Positions 1 to 10,609 of a stretch of 64,000 nucleotides of DNA are shown piece by piece (position 1 is the first letter of the stretch; every line of letters starts with the position of its first letter). The stretch comes from Mustelus asterias. Taxonomy: Eukaryota. The notes under the pieces were generated by a model that was given only the letters and a program-made list of their open reading frames with translations, did not search any database and was not told where the DNA came from. The stretch is from positions 40,548,001 to 40,612,000 of the forward strand of contig NC_135801.1 of assembly GCF_964213995.1 (NCBI RefSeq), written 5' to 3'. Position numbers and translations under genes: made by a program.

Positions 1-290
1 TGTTGCCACTTCCTACTCTGGATCTATCTTTTGTTTCTTATCCCGCTATCACCTCCATTTTGTACCACTTTTCTGTCATTTAATCACTCTTTCTTTCCAC
101 GCTATCCCAGATTTTCCCTTTTATTCCCATCACACCCCCACCTTTCCCCACCCCTTCTCTGTACTGATGTAAAAACTGTTAAATCTCTAACTATTTCCAG
201 TTCTGAGGAAAGCTCAACCTGAAATGTTAATTCGTGTTTTTGTACCCAATGATGCTGCCTTAATTGCTGGTATTTCCATCATTTTCTGAC
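1..290 (+). mobile_element. Penelope-like element family B, decayed 3' terminus with degenerate hammerhead motif
   Basis: A pyrimidine-rich 3' region is followed by CTGAGGA(203-209)…GAAATGTT and 'gatgctgcc…tatttcc…cattttctg'. This matches the termini at 22790-22925 and 37535-37664. Confidence 0.55.
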
Positions 291-374
291 TAGGTACTAA
301 TTACTTGAGTTCCCATTATCCAAGTTCCTGGTAGTTTTAAGGATGCAGACCTATATATAGTTTTAGTCTTCTCG

Positions 375-860
375 TTTAAGGAAATACTTACATTGGTAAA
401 ACTTCAGTTCGCTAAAAAGTGATCCCTGGATTGAAAATTAGGAAAGTTTGGGCAGGTTGGGCCTATGCTCATTGGAGTTTCAAAAAATTAGAATGATCTA
501 ATTGAAACATTTAAAATGCTGAGGGAGCTTGTTCGGAGGTTGTTTCTTCTCGTGGGGGAATCTAGAACTAAGGGACAGTTTAAAATTAAGGTATCTCTCA
601 TTTAAAATGGAAATGAGAGAAATTTATTTTCTCAAAGGGTCAGTGGTCTTTAGAATCCTCTTCTACAAATAGGAGTGGCGGCTGAAGCATTGAATATATT
701 CAAGACCAGGTTACATCGATATTTGATTGACAACAGAGTCAAAGGTTATGGGGGAAGGGTGGCAGGCAGGAAAGTGGAATTAAGGGCAATCTTATTGTTT
801 GGCAGAACAATGGGCCAAATAACCTACTCCTGCTCCACTTTCTTATAATCTATTATGATC
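375..860 (+). mobile_element. CR1 LINE, old 3' fragment
   Basis: Decayed match to the CR1 ORF2 C-terminus (…LGLCSLEF…DLIETFKML…) and the CR1 3' UTR/short-repeat tail seen in the younger copy at 45250-45690. Confidence 0.8.
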
Positions 861-1229
861 AAAGAAAACGTAAATTTAAGAGCCTCTTTGTAGATGCACA
901 AATGGGTTCAATTAGTAGAGTCTCCCAAGGGTGATTAATTCAATCTGGGAGCATAGCAGTCTTATGGATAGGGCTGGCTTCTGGCTATGATTTTTTAAGC
1001 TAGTGCAACATCTAATAGTTACATTCCAAATTATGACATTTTTCACAAGGTTTTGACTCATTTTAGGAAAAATGCATCGGAGAACAATAGTGCAACCTAG
1101 CAGATACCAAGCCTATGTTCTTATTTTCAACAACTCTACTGGCAATGCAGTCATAAGAACAAAGACTGGAGTCTGCTTTGAGGGCAAAATATATCTCAAA
1201 GTGCACATAACAATTGTAGACCATTTCAG

Positions 1230-2536
1230 TTTTGAATTCATGGAGTATGAGCTAAGTGAAGGAATGATACAATCCCCTTAAAGAAAGTTCCCCACACGAA
1301 TACGTGAAAACCAACCACTGACCCTGGGGGCCAATGTGAAAAAACAAGAACACGTGACAAGGACAGATTGGCGAAGAGGCGGAAGCTGAAGTGCTGTTGT
1401 TAGCTCTGTGCAGCTGGGGCTCAGAGAAGCCCTGGGGTGGTTGTCAGTTTAGTAAAGTTGAAGTGAAGCTGCCTGCTCCATGAACTGGCAATTGGGCAAG
1501 AGAAGCTCACGGTGAGATCATGCAAGTGGATAGATGCAGGGGTGTTTTCTAGGGTAGTAGTCTTGGACAAAGTGATTATGCTGTTGGGAGGTGAGCAGTC
1601 ATTGGGACAATGTGAGCTGAAGTCTGGTTGCTGGACAATTCATAGTAGACAGAAGAACCAAGTGGACTTCAAAGCTGAATTGGAACTGCTATTTTTGGAA
1701 ATCAGAGATTTTATCCTCAAAAGAGAGGAACTGAAATCCCTTTTGAGGAAGACAGAATTTTAAAGATTTTTGTGACACTCAGTGGTGTCTGGATAGGTTG
1801 CTGCAAAATTCAGGGATGTGCCTCACCATTGAATACACAGTTTGTGGTGTGTTTGACCATAGTTTGCCTGTTAATTCATGTTTAACTCATGGTAATTCTC
1901 TATGTAACAGTATAAGATAGATAGTAGTAAATGTTTGTTGACTCTTGTACAGTAAAAAGCCTGTTTGTTTGAAGCCATGGAACCTTGTGGCTCAGAAAAT
2001 ACCATAAGATATAGGAATAGAATTAGGCCATTCACCCGTCGACTCTGCTCCGCCATTCAATCATGTCTGAAATGTTTCTCAACTCCATTCTCCCACTTTT
2101 TCCTTGTAACCCTTGATCCCTTTACCAATCAAGAACCTATCTATCTCTGTCTTAAATGCATTCAATGAGCTGGCCTCCACAGCCTTCTGTGGCAATTAAT
2201 TCCATAGATTCACCACCCTCTGGCTGAAGAAATTCCTCCTCACCTCAGTTCTAAAGGGTCATCCCCTTACTCTGAGCCTGTGCCCTCGGGTCATAGTCTC
2301 TCCTACTAATAGGAACATTTTTCCCACATCCACTCTATCCAGGTCTTTTATTAGTCTGTAAGTTTCAATGAGATCCCGCCCCCCCTCACCTTCTATACTC
2401 CGTTGAGTATAGACCCAGAGTCCTCAGATGCTCCTCATACATCAAGCTTTTCATTCCCAGGATCATTCTAATCCCAAATACCTGGGATTTCAAATTTTGT
2501 CTACTTTACATATTGGCTTCCAACCAGATAACAACA
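1230..2536 (+). mobile_element. Putative LTR (solo or partial) interrupted by a CR1 fragment
   Basis: Non-coding and ends in …ATAACAACA. The 3' part (ttcaaattttgtctact; gaagccatggaaccttgtgg) resembles 53700-53910, which ends …GATTGTAACA. The 5' boundary is uncertain. Confidence 0.35.
2001..2469 (-). mobile_element. CR1 LINE 3' fragment
   Basis: Reverse complement of the CR1 ORF2 end and 3' UTR (ccataagatatagg…aggccattc…gccattcaatcatg). Confidence 0.9.
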
Positions 2537-2750
2537 CATGCAAGAATTGTCAATTACTGTGATGGTTAACTGCTTAATTGTGCAGCTGTTTGCTCACATA
2601 TTCACATGACTGCTTTCTAACTTGTCTCACGTCTGCTTCATTTCTGCCTGTTGATGCAATCCCACATGTATAAATAGGAATTTTATTTCTATCATGGGTG
2701 ATATCCAAACTAAAGATTGTCCTTTTTGAGAATAGTGGCGTGCATCTTAC

Positions 2751-2807
2751 TTCTGGTATGACATGTAGCAAACCCAGAAGTGAAAGAGGTAATGAAGGGA
2801 AGTGAGG
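2751..2807 (-). other. Candidate 57-nt exon (unverified)
   Basis: Minus strand reads ttcttcttctttacag | 57 nt, open in all three frames | GAA/gtaaga. It lies in non-repeat sequence and no protein is recognised. Confidence 0.2.
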
Positions 2808-3967
2808 CTGTAAAGAAGAAGAATTACACCAGATTCACCTAAGACATATGAAGCAAATTTCCACATGAAAAGCACTCAAGGCAACATTTATCACTTTCAA
2901 ATGGCCACAGTTTTGTACATGAGCCCAGCGTTGAAGTCTGAACCATGCTGGAGAGGTTTCATTCATGTATTTCTGTGCCTCTTGACATAAATTTGGTCTT
3001 GAAAGTAACCTTGCAATTTTCAAACAGGATCATATGTCGCGAAATTTCAACAGCAGTGGAAGAGGAAATTAGGAGAAGCGCAGGATGTGTTTGCTTGATA
3101 TGCATCATACCTATACTGTCTACTATATTGCATCTGTTATCCACCCTTAGGCAAGAACCATCGTAAACAGGCTTTTATGCTTAACTGGGATATCCTGTAT
3201 AAACATCCATTTCCTCCAGCTGTGTTGCATGTACAATTCTTAACAAAAGGACATTAAATGCCAACTAAATTCTAGCCTTGCTCGGAAGCCCTTTCCTCAG
3301 AAATAAACAGCACATCTGCATTTTACATCAGAAAAATCATACTATTTGGGATAGACCATGTACAGGTCAAAACATCTTGTATAGCAAGCTCATTTGAGAC
3401 CTCAGAAAATGGTCGTCCCTGCCCTTCTGAAGTTGGCCCAGAAACAGATGAGGGTCCTATCCTCAGTGTTACAAGCCATGGCCAATGGTGAAACCAGCAA
3501 ACTTTTGGCCCTGACGCATGTTAGAACCTTAAGGAACAACAGTTGCTTACAGGTGGAGGATCATTCAGGAAAAAGGCTTGCATCTCCTTTAAGGACAGTA
3601 GGAAGATAACAGGAAACCACAATGTATTATTTTTCCGAGTCATAATGTTCATAGCTCAGTGAAGGTGAAAATGAGAGGCACTTATGAGCAACTGAAGAAG
3701 AAAGTGCAGGACCATGAGATATGGAGAAATGAGCTGAAGGACCTGCCCTTAAACATACCACCACTAATGCATATACGAACAGGCAGAGGACTTATAACTA
3801 ACAACTTCATGCTATATTATAGTAGATACACTTCAGCAACATTGCCATATTAGGAAGACTGGTACCACATTCATGAAGTAACACTATTGTCTCCCAACAG
3901 CAAAGGATAATTATTTCATTCTGCAACACAAATGGCTTATCACTCTTGACACTGGGTGTTATACTCA

Positions 3968-4034
3968 GATGTGGAGATGCCGGTATTGGACTGGGTCCAA
4001 CCTTTAACCTGGTGTTGTGAGACTTCTTACTGTG
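3968..4034. mobile_element. Penelope-like family A mini-insertion (inverted terminus plus subterminal piece)
   Basis: gatgtggagatgccggtattggactggg is the reverse complement of the family 3' end. It is joined to ctttaacctggtgttgtgagacttcttactgtg and flanked by gtgttatactcaga (3956-3969) / gtgttatatgcaga (4032-4045). Confidence 0.75.
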
Positions 4035-4949
4035 TTATATGCAGAACCATTATATTCCAACTGTGGACAGACTGAACAGGGCTTGCATTCCTGCTTCCAT
4101 ATCATCATGGATGGTGTAATGCCAAAAACATTAAACCCAAAAGTGCAATGCTTTTGCTTTTTCCCCAAAATCCTGGTTTTTAAGGTTACAGAACATTAAT
4201 GCTACATATTTATTCCAGTTTTGTGGTCTTTGTAAATTACAAGTTTTTATTTTAGAAAAGGCTATATGGTTCTGTTAACTCCAGTTCCGTACAGATTTTT
4301 CCACGAACATTCTCAAATACTCACTTCTAGTCAAGTACTAAGCTTGTTGTTGAATAATATCACTTTTCATTTCCTGTTGCAACTGTTTTCATTTTCTTTA
4401 CTTTTTCAATGTACACTGCTTCTAAAGTCTAGGTTTTTGGTTTCAGGATTCATACATGCTGTTTTACAGGCTTTTCCTCCAACGTGCATATTCACATATT
4501 TGAAATCAAAGTTCACTGCACAAATTCAGAATCTAACTTGTTCTTTGCCAAAACCTCAAAACTTCGAAACTCTTTTTCCTCTTGCTACATCTCTCAGGTT
4601 TTAAAAACAGAAGAGAACGGTGGTATTTCAGTTCTTATTAAATTGTTGCCACCAAACATCCTCTCCAGAGTTCAGCTAGAGTAACCTGATCCATTTCCAG
4701 CCAGGAGTCCCAACCTGTCAGGAAATCATTGATGGTCAGCAGCTTGCCTCACTTCTCTAGTCAAAAAGCAAGATAAATGCAGGTGAGCAGCCCTGCTAGT
4801 TCAGAGAAGTTTGGAAAAGGATGAGGCTCCATGGAGGCATTTGACATGTGCTAGTGCTAGGAAGCTTAAAAAGATGGCAGAGTTCTCTCCCACAGGACAA
4901 TCTCTCCAGCCTGTCCTTGTCCACATGGCATGCCCTTGCATTGAGGAAA

Positions 4950-5345
4950 AGTTCAACCGGCAGGACAAACATTTGCCATGAACAACCTGCCCAGAGTCAG
5001 GTCCTCTTCCTGAGGGCCTGATGGCAGGGCTGTCAATAATGGTAGCCAGTTTGTGGAGAGTACAGCAGACCACAACGAATTTGGAAACTTGTTCCAGCAC
5101 ATATTATAGGAACTTCCCCCCACCCTCCCTGCCACCGAGCCACCCAGATATCTGCTTTAGAACACCATTGATTTGATCCCCGACAGTCTTGGTGGCTTCA
5201 TGTCTCTCCTTGTATGCATGCTGTCCATGTGTGCTTGGATGGCAGAGAAGAGTCAGATGTAATGGTTAGCCATAGTCACCAAGCTTTCAGCCTCTGGCTT
5301 TTCATGGGGTGGCTTGAGTATGGTGGGAACAGCTGAAGGGCACCG
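4950..5345 (-). pseudogene. PIF/Harbinger (HARBI1-like) DDE transposase relic
   Basis: Minus-strand peptides LGDYG…, HAYKERHEATKTVGDQINGVLKQ and EQVSKFVVVCCTLHKLA match the Harbinger C-terminal motifs GD.GY, YN..H..TR..IE..IG.LK and V..I..CC.LHN. The frame is broken. Confidence 0.6.
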
Positions 5346-5549
5346 GATCAAAGTAACATGGCTGGTGTCAGAGGATACAGTGTATGCATCGATATGATGC
5401 TCTACACGTGGTCAGACAACAACTATATATTATGGAAGCATGGTCTCAATATGTCTCCTCAATGGGTTGTGATGCCCATAGAGGCACAGGTGTATTTAGT
5501 GACTCAATGTACTAATGGGAATCCCGCTACTCTGGCAAAACCACATGCA

Positions 5550-6480
5550 TGTGGATCCCCACTGGTTAGAGGTTGCCAACCTGAAAAAGAACCCCTTATC
5601 CCCACTCGCTGTTTCCTGCCCATTAGCCAATTCACTACCGCCAACGCCATGGGCCCTTATCTTATGACTTAACCTTTTGTGAGAGGAACCTTGTTGAACG
5701 CCTTCTGGAAGTCCAAATACAACACATCTACTGGTTCCTCTCTATCCACTCTGGTTGAGACTCCCTCAAAAAAAATTTAATAAATTAATCAGACACCATT
5801 TCCCTTTCATGAAGCCATGCTGACTCTGCTTGATTAGATTATGATTTTCCAAATGTGCAGCCATTACTTCCTTAATATTGATTCTAACATTTTAATCATA
5901 GAATCATAGATGTTAGGTTAATCGGCCTATAGTCACCTGTTTTTTGCCTCCCTCCCTTTTTGAATAAAAAGCACATTGGTAGTTTTCCAATCCTCCAGTA
6001 CTTCTTCAGAATCTAAGGAGTTTTTAAAAATTACAACCAATGCATCCGCTATCTCTCTACCTTACTTCTTTAGGATCCTAGGATGAAAGCTGTCAGGGCC
6101 AGGGGACTTATCTGCGTATATCCCCATTAGTTTGTCTAATATTACTTCTCTAGTGATGGTGCTTAGTTCCTCCCCTGTATTCTTTATTAATGGGATGTTT
6201 GAAGTATCTTCCACCGTAAAGACTGATGCAAAATATCTGTTTAACGGCTCTGCCATTTCCTTGTTACCCATAAATAAAGATTCATTTTCTAAGGGCCTAT
6301 GTTCACTTTCACCTCTCTCTCTTCCTTTTGATAAATTTAAAGAAGCTCTTGTCAGTTTTTATATACCTCATTTGTTTGCCCTCTAATTTATTTGCTCTTC
6401 CTTCATTTTTTTTTAAAAGTCCTCCTTTGCTGAATTTATCCAGTCTTCAGGGCTATCAATTACTTTTTAGATAAGGTAAA
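5550..6480 (-). mobile_element. CR1 LINE ORF2 internal fragment
   Basis: ORF 6062-6271 (MAEPLNRYFASVFTVEDTS…DKSPGPDSFHPRILK) is collinear with the 883-aa CR1 ORF. Confidence 0.9.
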
Positions 6481-6899
6481 AATGCTCCCTGAAGACTGTA
6501 GGTCAATATTGGCCTTCTACTGATAACCTTCCTCCCTCTGTGCACAGTGTCCATTATCTGCTGTCTGTGCTCTATATCTGTCATACCACAGCCCAAGTTC
6601 AGCTGAGTGTGTTTTAGAGGACCTGTGTGGCCTAAATGGCAAGTTGGGAAACAAATCAGCATTAGATGCTGAGCGATGTCACAATCTGCCAGTTCTGCAT
6701 GCTTCCGACGCATGCACAACACAAGTCATACTAGTGCTCTTTCAAGTATAGAGCACCAGACCTGGCACACCAGACATGGTTGCAAGCATAGTGACTGCCA
6801 TTTTCGGATCTCTAAGTTCCCATGGCACCGACCAGCAATGTCACAAAGCCCAGTTTTGCAGGCACAGAGTCTGAAACTTGAAGTGCAAGTTAGAATACA

Positions 6900-7358
6900 T
6901 AATTGAAATACAATGACAGCTTTTGTACAGAAAGTAAAATGGAGAGAAATAAAAGACAGAATCAAGATAGAGAGTTGGAGAAAAAGCAAAATTAATAGTT
7001 TTTACATTTTTAACAATAATTCGCTCTGAAGGAATGAATTTCTACATTCAGTCACTCCCAACATCTCTGGGACCAAGACTTAACACATCATTAAAAACTC
7101 ATGTGCACTTGAATGGATAAACTCGTAACTTTTTCTGGTATGGTTTATCACATATGCTCATGCTCTTTCTTACATCTAAATGCCAAGTCTCTCAGTGAGA
7201 TACCAGTTTAGTGCAGCTTCCAAAAGCAAGGTAACTCAGACAACATATTTCTGATTTCCATATTTAACAGCAAATTTGCGATCGCTGGCAGTTACTCTCT
7301 GATCTATTCCTTAATGATCTGAGAGTTGATTGGCTCACCATTTTTATCGTTCCGGGCC
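6900..7358 (+). repeat. Unclassified old interspersed repeat (copy 1)
   Basis: Shares 'gcaaggtaactcagacaaca…gatttccatatttaacagc' and a terminal 'tccgggcc' with 19130-19620 ('gcagggcaactcagacagcaac…tttccacatttaactgc', 'ttcaggcc'). Confidence 0.45.
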
Positions 7359-7407
7359 ATTATTTCTTGGTTTTGTTATAAATGTAACGCCACTGGTTAC
7401 ATTTACG

Positions 7408-8626
7408 CTAGCATGTTTTTGTGAAGGGGAGGTCGTGCCTCACTAACTTGATCGAGTTTTTCGAGGAAGTGATGGACTTCAGTAAAGCCTTTGACAAGAT
7501 ACCTCATGGTAGACTGGTATAACAGGTGAAGTTACACAGGATCAGAGGAGAACTGGCAAGATGGATACAGAACTGGCTTGGCCATAGAAGACAGAGGGTA
7601 GCAGTAGAGGGTCCTTTTCTGAATGATCCACAGGGATCAGTTCTGGGACCTTTGTTGTTCGTAGTATATATAAATGATTTGGAGGAAAATGTAGCTGGTC
7701 TGAGTAATAAGTTCGCAGACGACACAAAAATTGGTGGAGTTGCGGATAGTGAAGAGGATTGTCAGAGGATACAGCAAAATATAGACTGGGTGACTTGGAT
7801 GGAGAAATGGCAGATGGAGTTTAATCCGGACAAGTGTGAGATAATACATTTTGGAAGGTCCAATGCATGTAGAAATTATACAGTAAATGGTAGAACCCTT
7901 AGGAGTATTGACAGGCAGAGATCTGGGCGTACATGTCTACTGATCACTGAAAGTGGCAACGCAGGTGGATAAGGTAGTCAAGAAAGCACACGGCATGCTT
8001 GCCTTCATCGGTCGGGGCATTGAGTATAAAAATTGGCAGGTCATGCTGCAGCTGTACAGAACCTTAGTTAGGCCTCATTTAAAATATTGTATACAATTCT
8101 GGTCGCCACACTACCAGAAGGATGCTTTGGAGAGGGTATGGAAGAGGTTTACCAGGATGTTGCCTGGTCTGGAGGGTATTAGCTACGAGGAGAGGTTGGC
8201 TAAATTTGGTTTGTTCTCACTGAAACAACGGAGGTTGAGGGGTGACCTGATAGAGGTTTACAAGATTATGAGTGGCATGGACAGAGTGGATAGTCAGATG
8301 CTCTTGCCTAGGGTAGAAAAGTCAAGTACTAGGGGACATAGGTTTAAGGTGCGTGGGGAAAAGTTTAGACAAGATGTGCGAGGCAAATGTTTTTTTTTTA
8401 CACAGAGGGTGATGAATGTGTGGAACACGCTGCCTGGGGAGGTGGTGGGAGCAGGTACGAAAGCGGCATTTAAGGGGCAACTAGACGAATACATGAATAG
8501 GATGGGAATGGAAGGATACGGACTCCGTAAGTGCACACGGTTTTAGTTTAGGCAGGCATCATGATCGGCGCAAGCTTGGAGGGCTGAAGGGCCTGTTCCT
8601 GTGCTGGATTGTTCTTTCTTTTCTTT
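7408..8626 (+). mobile_element. CR1 LINE, RT to 3' end, frameshifted
   Basis: ORFs 7526-7972 (PQGSVLGPLLF…KFADDTK) and 7953-8546 (LYRTLVRPHL…QFWSP), followed by a CR1 3' UTR. Confidence 0.95.
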
Positions 8627-8771
8627 CACTGTCCTCAAAGAACTTATAAAATATTTTGCAATAGTGTCATTGTATCTAAATACACAGAGTTATTTCCACC
8701 AGATATATGTTTTAGACCATGTGAATCATTGAAACATTTCTATTCCTCTGTCCCGATTAAAATGACCTTCC

Positions 8772-9462
8772 AACAGAACAAAGAACAATACAGCACAGGA
8801 ACAGGCCCTTCGGCCCTCCAAGCCCGCGCCGCTCCCTGGTCCAAACTAGACCATTCTTTTGTATCCCTCTATTCCCACTCCGTTCATGTGGCTATCGAGA
8901 TAAGTCTTAAACGTTCCCAGTGTGTCCGCCTCCACCACCTTGCCCGGCAGCGCATTCCAGGCCCCCACCACCCTCTGTCTAAAATACGTCCTTCTGATAT
9001 CAGTGTTAAACCTCCCCCCCCTCACCTTGAACCTATGACCCCTCGTGAACGTCACCACCGACCTGGGAAAAAGCTTCCCACCATTCACCCCATCTATACC
9101 TTTCATAATTTTATACACCTCTATTAGGTCACCCCTCATCCTCCGTCTTTCCAGTGAGAACAACCCCAGTTTACCCAATCTCTCCTCATAACTAAGCCCT
9201 TCCATACCAGGCAGCATCCTGGTAAACCTCCTCTGCACTCGCTCTAAAGCCTCCACGTCCTTTTGGTAGTGTGGCGACCAGAACTGGGCGCAGTATTCCA
9301 AATGCGGCCGAACAAACGTTCTATACAACCGCAACATCAGACCCCAACTTTTATACTCTACGCCCCGTCCTATAAAGGCAAGCATGCCATATGCCTTCTT
9401 CGCTACCTTCTCCACCTGTGCCGTCACCTACAAACCTTCTCCATCTGTGCCGTCACCTTCAA
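8772..9462 (-). mobile_element. CR1 LINE, young 5'-truncated copy
   Basis: ORF 8846-9427 is an uninterrupted CR1 ORF2 C-terminus, CpG-rich, with the 3' tail at about 8772. Confidence 0.95.
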
Positions 9463-9489
9463 AACAAATTACAAATTTGAAAATGTAAT

Positions 9490-9590
9490 AGGTTCTAAGC
9501 AAGTGAAATGGGGGTGTGTGGATAATAGAAGGGAGGGAAGGTCTGTGATAAAGTGGAATACAGGAGAGATTAAATGACAAAGATTAAATG
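9490..9590 (-). mobile_element. Penelope-like family B 3' UTR fragment
   Basis: The reverse complement (ctttgtcatttaatctctcctg…) resembles 71-95 (ttttctgtcatttaatcactct). Confidence 0.4.
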
Positions 9591-9620
9591 CAGAGCAGTT
9601 TCATTAAGTTACCCAAAAGC

Positions 9621-9972
9621 TTTTTTTATTCATTCGTGGGATATGTGACGTCACTGGCTGGCCAGCATTTATTGTCCATCCCTAGTTGCCCTTGGAGGAC
9701 AGTTGAGAGTCAACCACATTGCTGCGGCTCTGGAGTCACATGTAGGCCAGACCAGGTAAGACCAGATAAAGACAGCAGATTTCCTTCCCTAGGTTTTTCC
9801 GCCAATCGACAATGGTTTCACGGTTATCAATAGAGAATCTTAATTCCAGATATTTTTTATTGAATTCAAATTCCACCATCTGCCATGGCGGGATTCGAAC
9901 CTGGGTCCCCAGAACATTAGTCGAGTTTCTGGATTAATAATTTAGCGATTATATCAGTACGCCATCACCTCC
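9621..9972 (-). mobile_element. tRNA-derived SINE (non-HE1 family)
   Basis: The minus strand has a B-box-like GGTTCGAATCCC near its 5' end and the tail gggcaactagggatggacaataaatgctggcc…gaataaaaaaa. A second copy lies at 46925-47295. Confidence 0.75.
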
Positions 9973-10094
9973 TTCCCTTACTATCTTTCCGTTGTTTCAG
10001 TAGTCAAGAGAAAACAAGCATGTACCATGTCAAACACAGTCATTTTCATAGTTCCTTTGGGGAATAAGTCCTGATGAATACAAAATCTCAGCAA

Positions 10095-10605
10095 TTGGAA
10101 TACTCATTATTTGCATGGATGACTGCAGTGCGAAAAACACACAAGAGCCTCAACACCATCCAGGACAAGGCAGCCCACTGTATCAGTACCCTATTCATCA
10201 CCTGAAACATTTACTCCTTCCACCACCAATATAGAGAAGCAGCAGTTTGCACCATATACAAGATGTACTGCAATAATTCACCAAAGCTCCTTCAACAGCA
10301 TCTTCTAAACCTGTGACCTCTACCACCAGAAGGACAAAGGCTACAGACACATGGGAACACCACCACATTATAAGTTCCTCTCAAAGCCGCACACCACCCT
10401 GACCTGAAACTATAAACGGCCTTTCGCTGTCACTGGGTCATAACCCTGGAATTCCATTCCCAACAGCACGATAGGTGTTCCAAACCAGATGAACTGCAGC
10501 AATTCAAAAGGGTGACTCACTGACAACGTTTCAAAGGCAATTATGGATGGGCAACAAATGCTGCCCTTGCCAATGACATTCATATACCAGCAAGAATAAC
10601 AAAAA
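10095..10605 (+). mobile_element. Non-LTR LINE 3' end (second CR1-group family)
   Basis: Decayed RT C-terminus (EY…AWMTA…LNTIQDKAA…WNSIPNS) and a 3' tail shared with the SINE at 9621-9972. Confidence 0.65.
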
Positions 10606-10609
10606 GGAA

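Noticed and set aside
4570-4790. Plus-strand acceptor (…catctctcag, 4597) with ORF VLKTEENGG…
   Set aside because: The frame stops before a good donor and no protein is recognisable.
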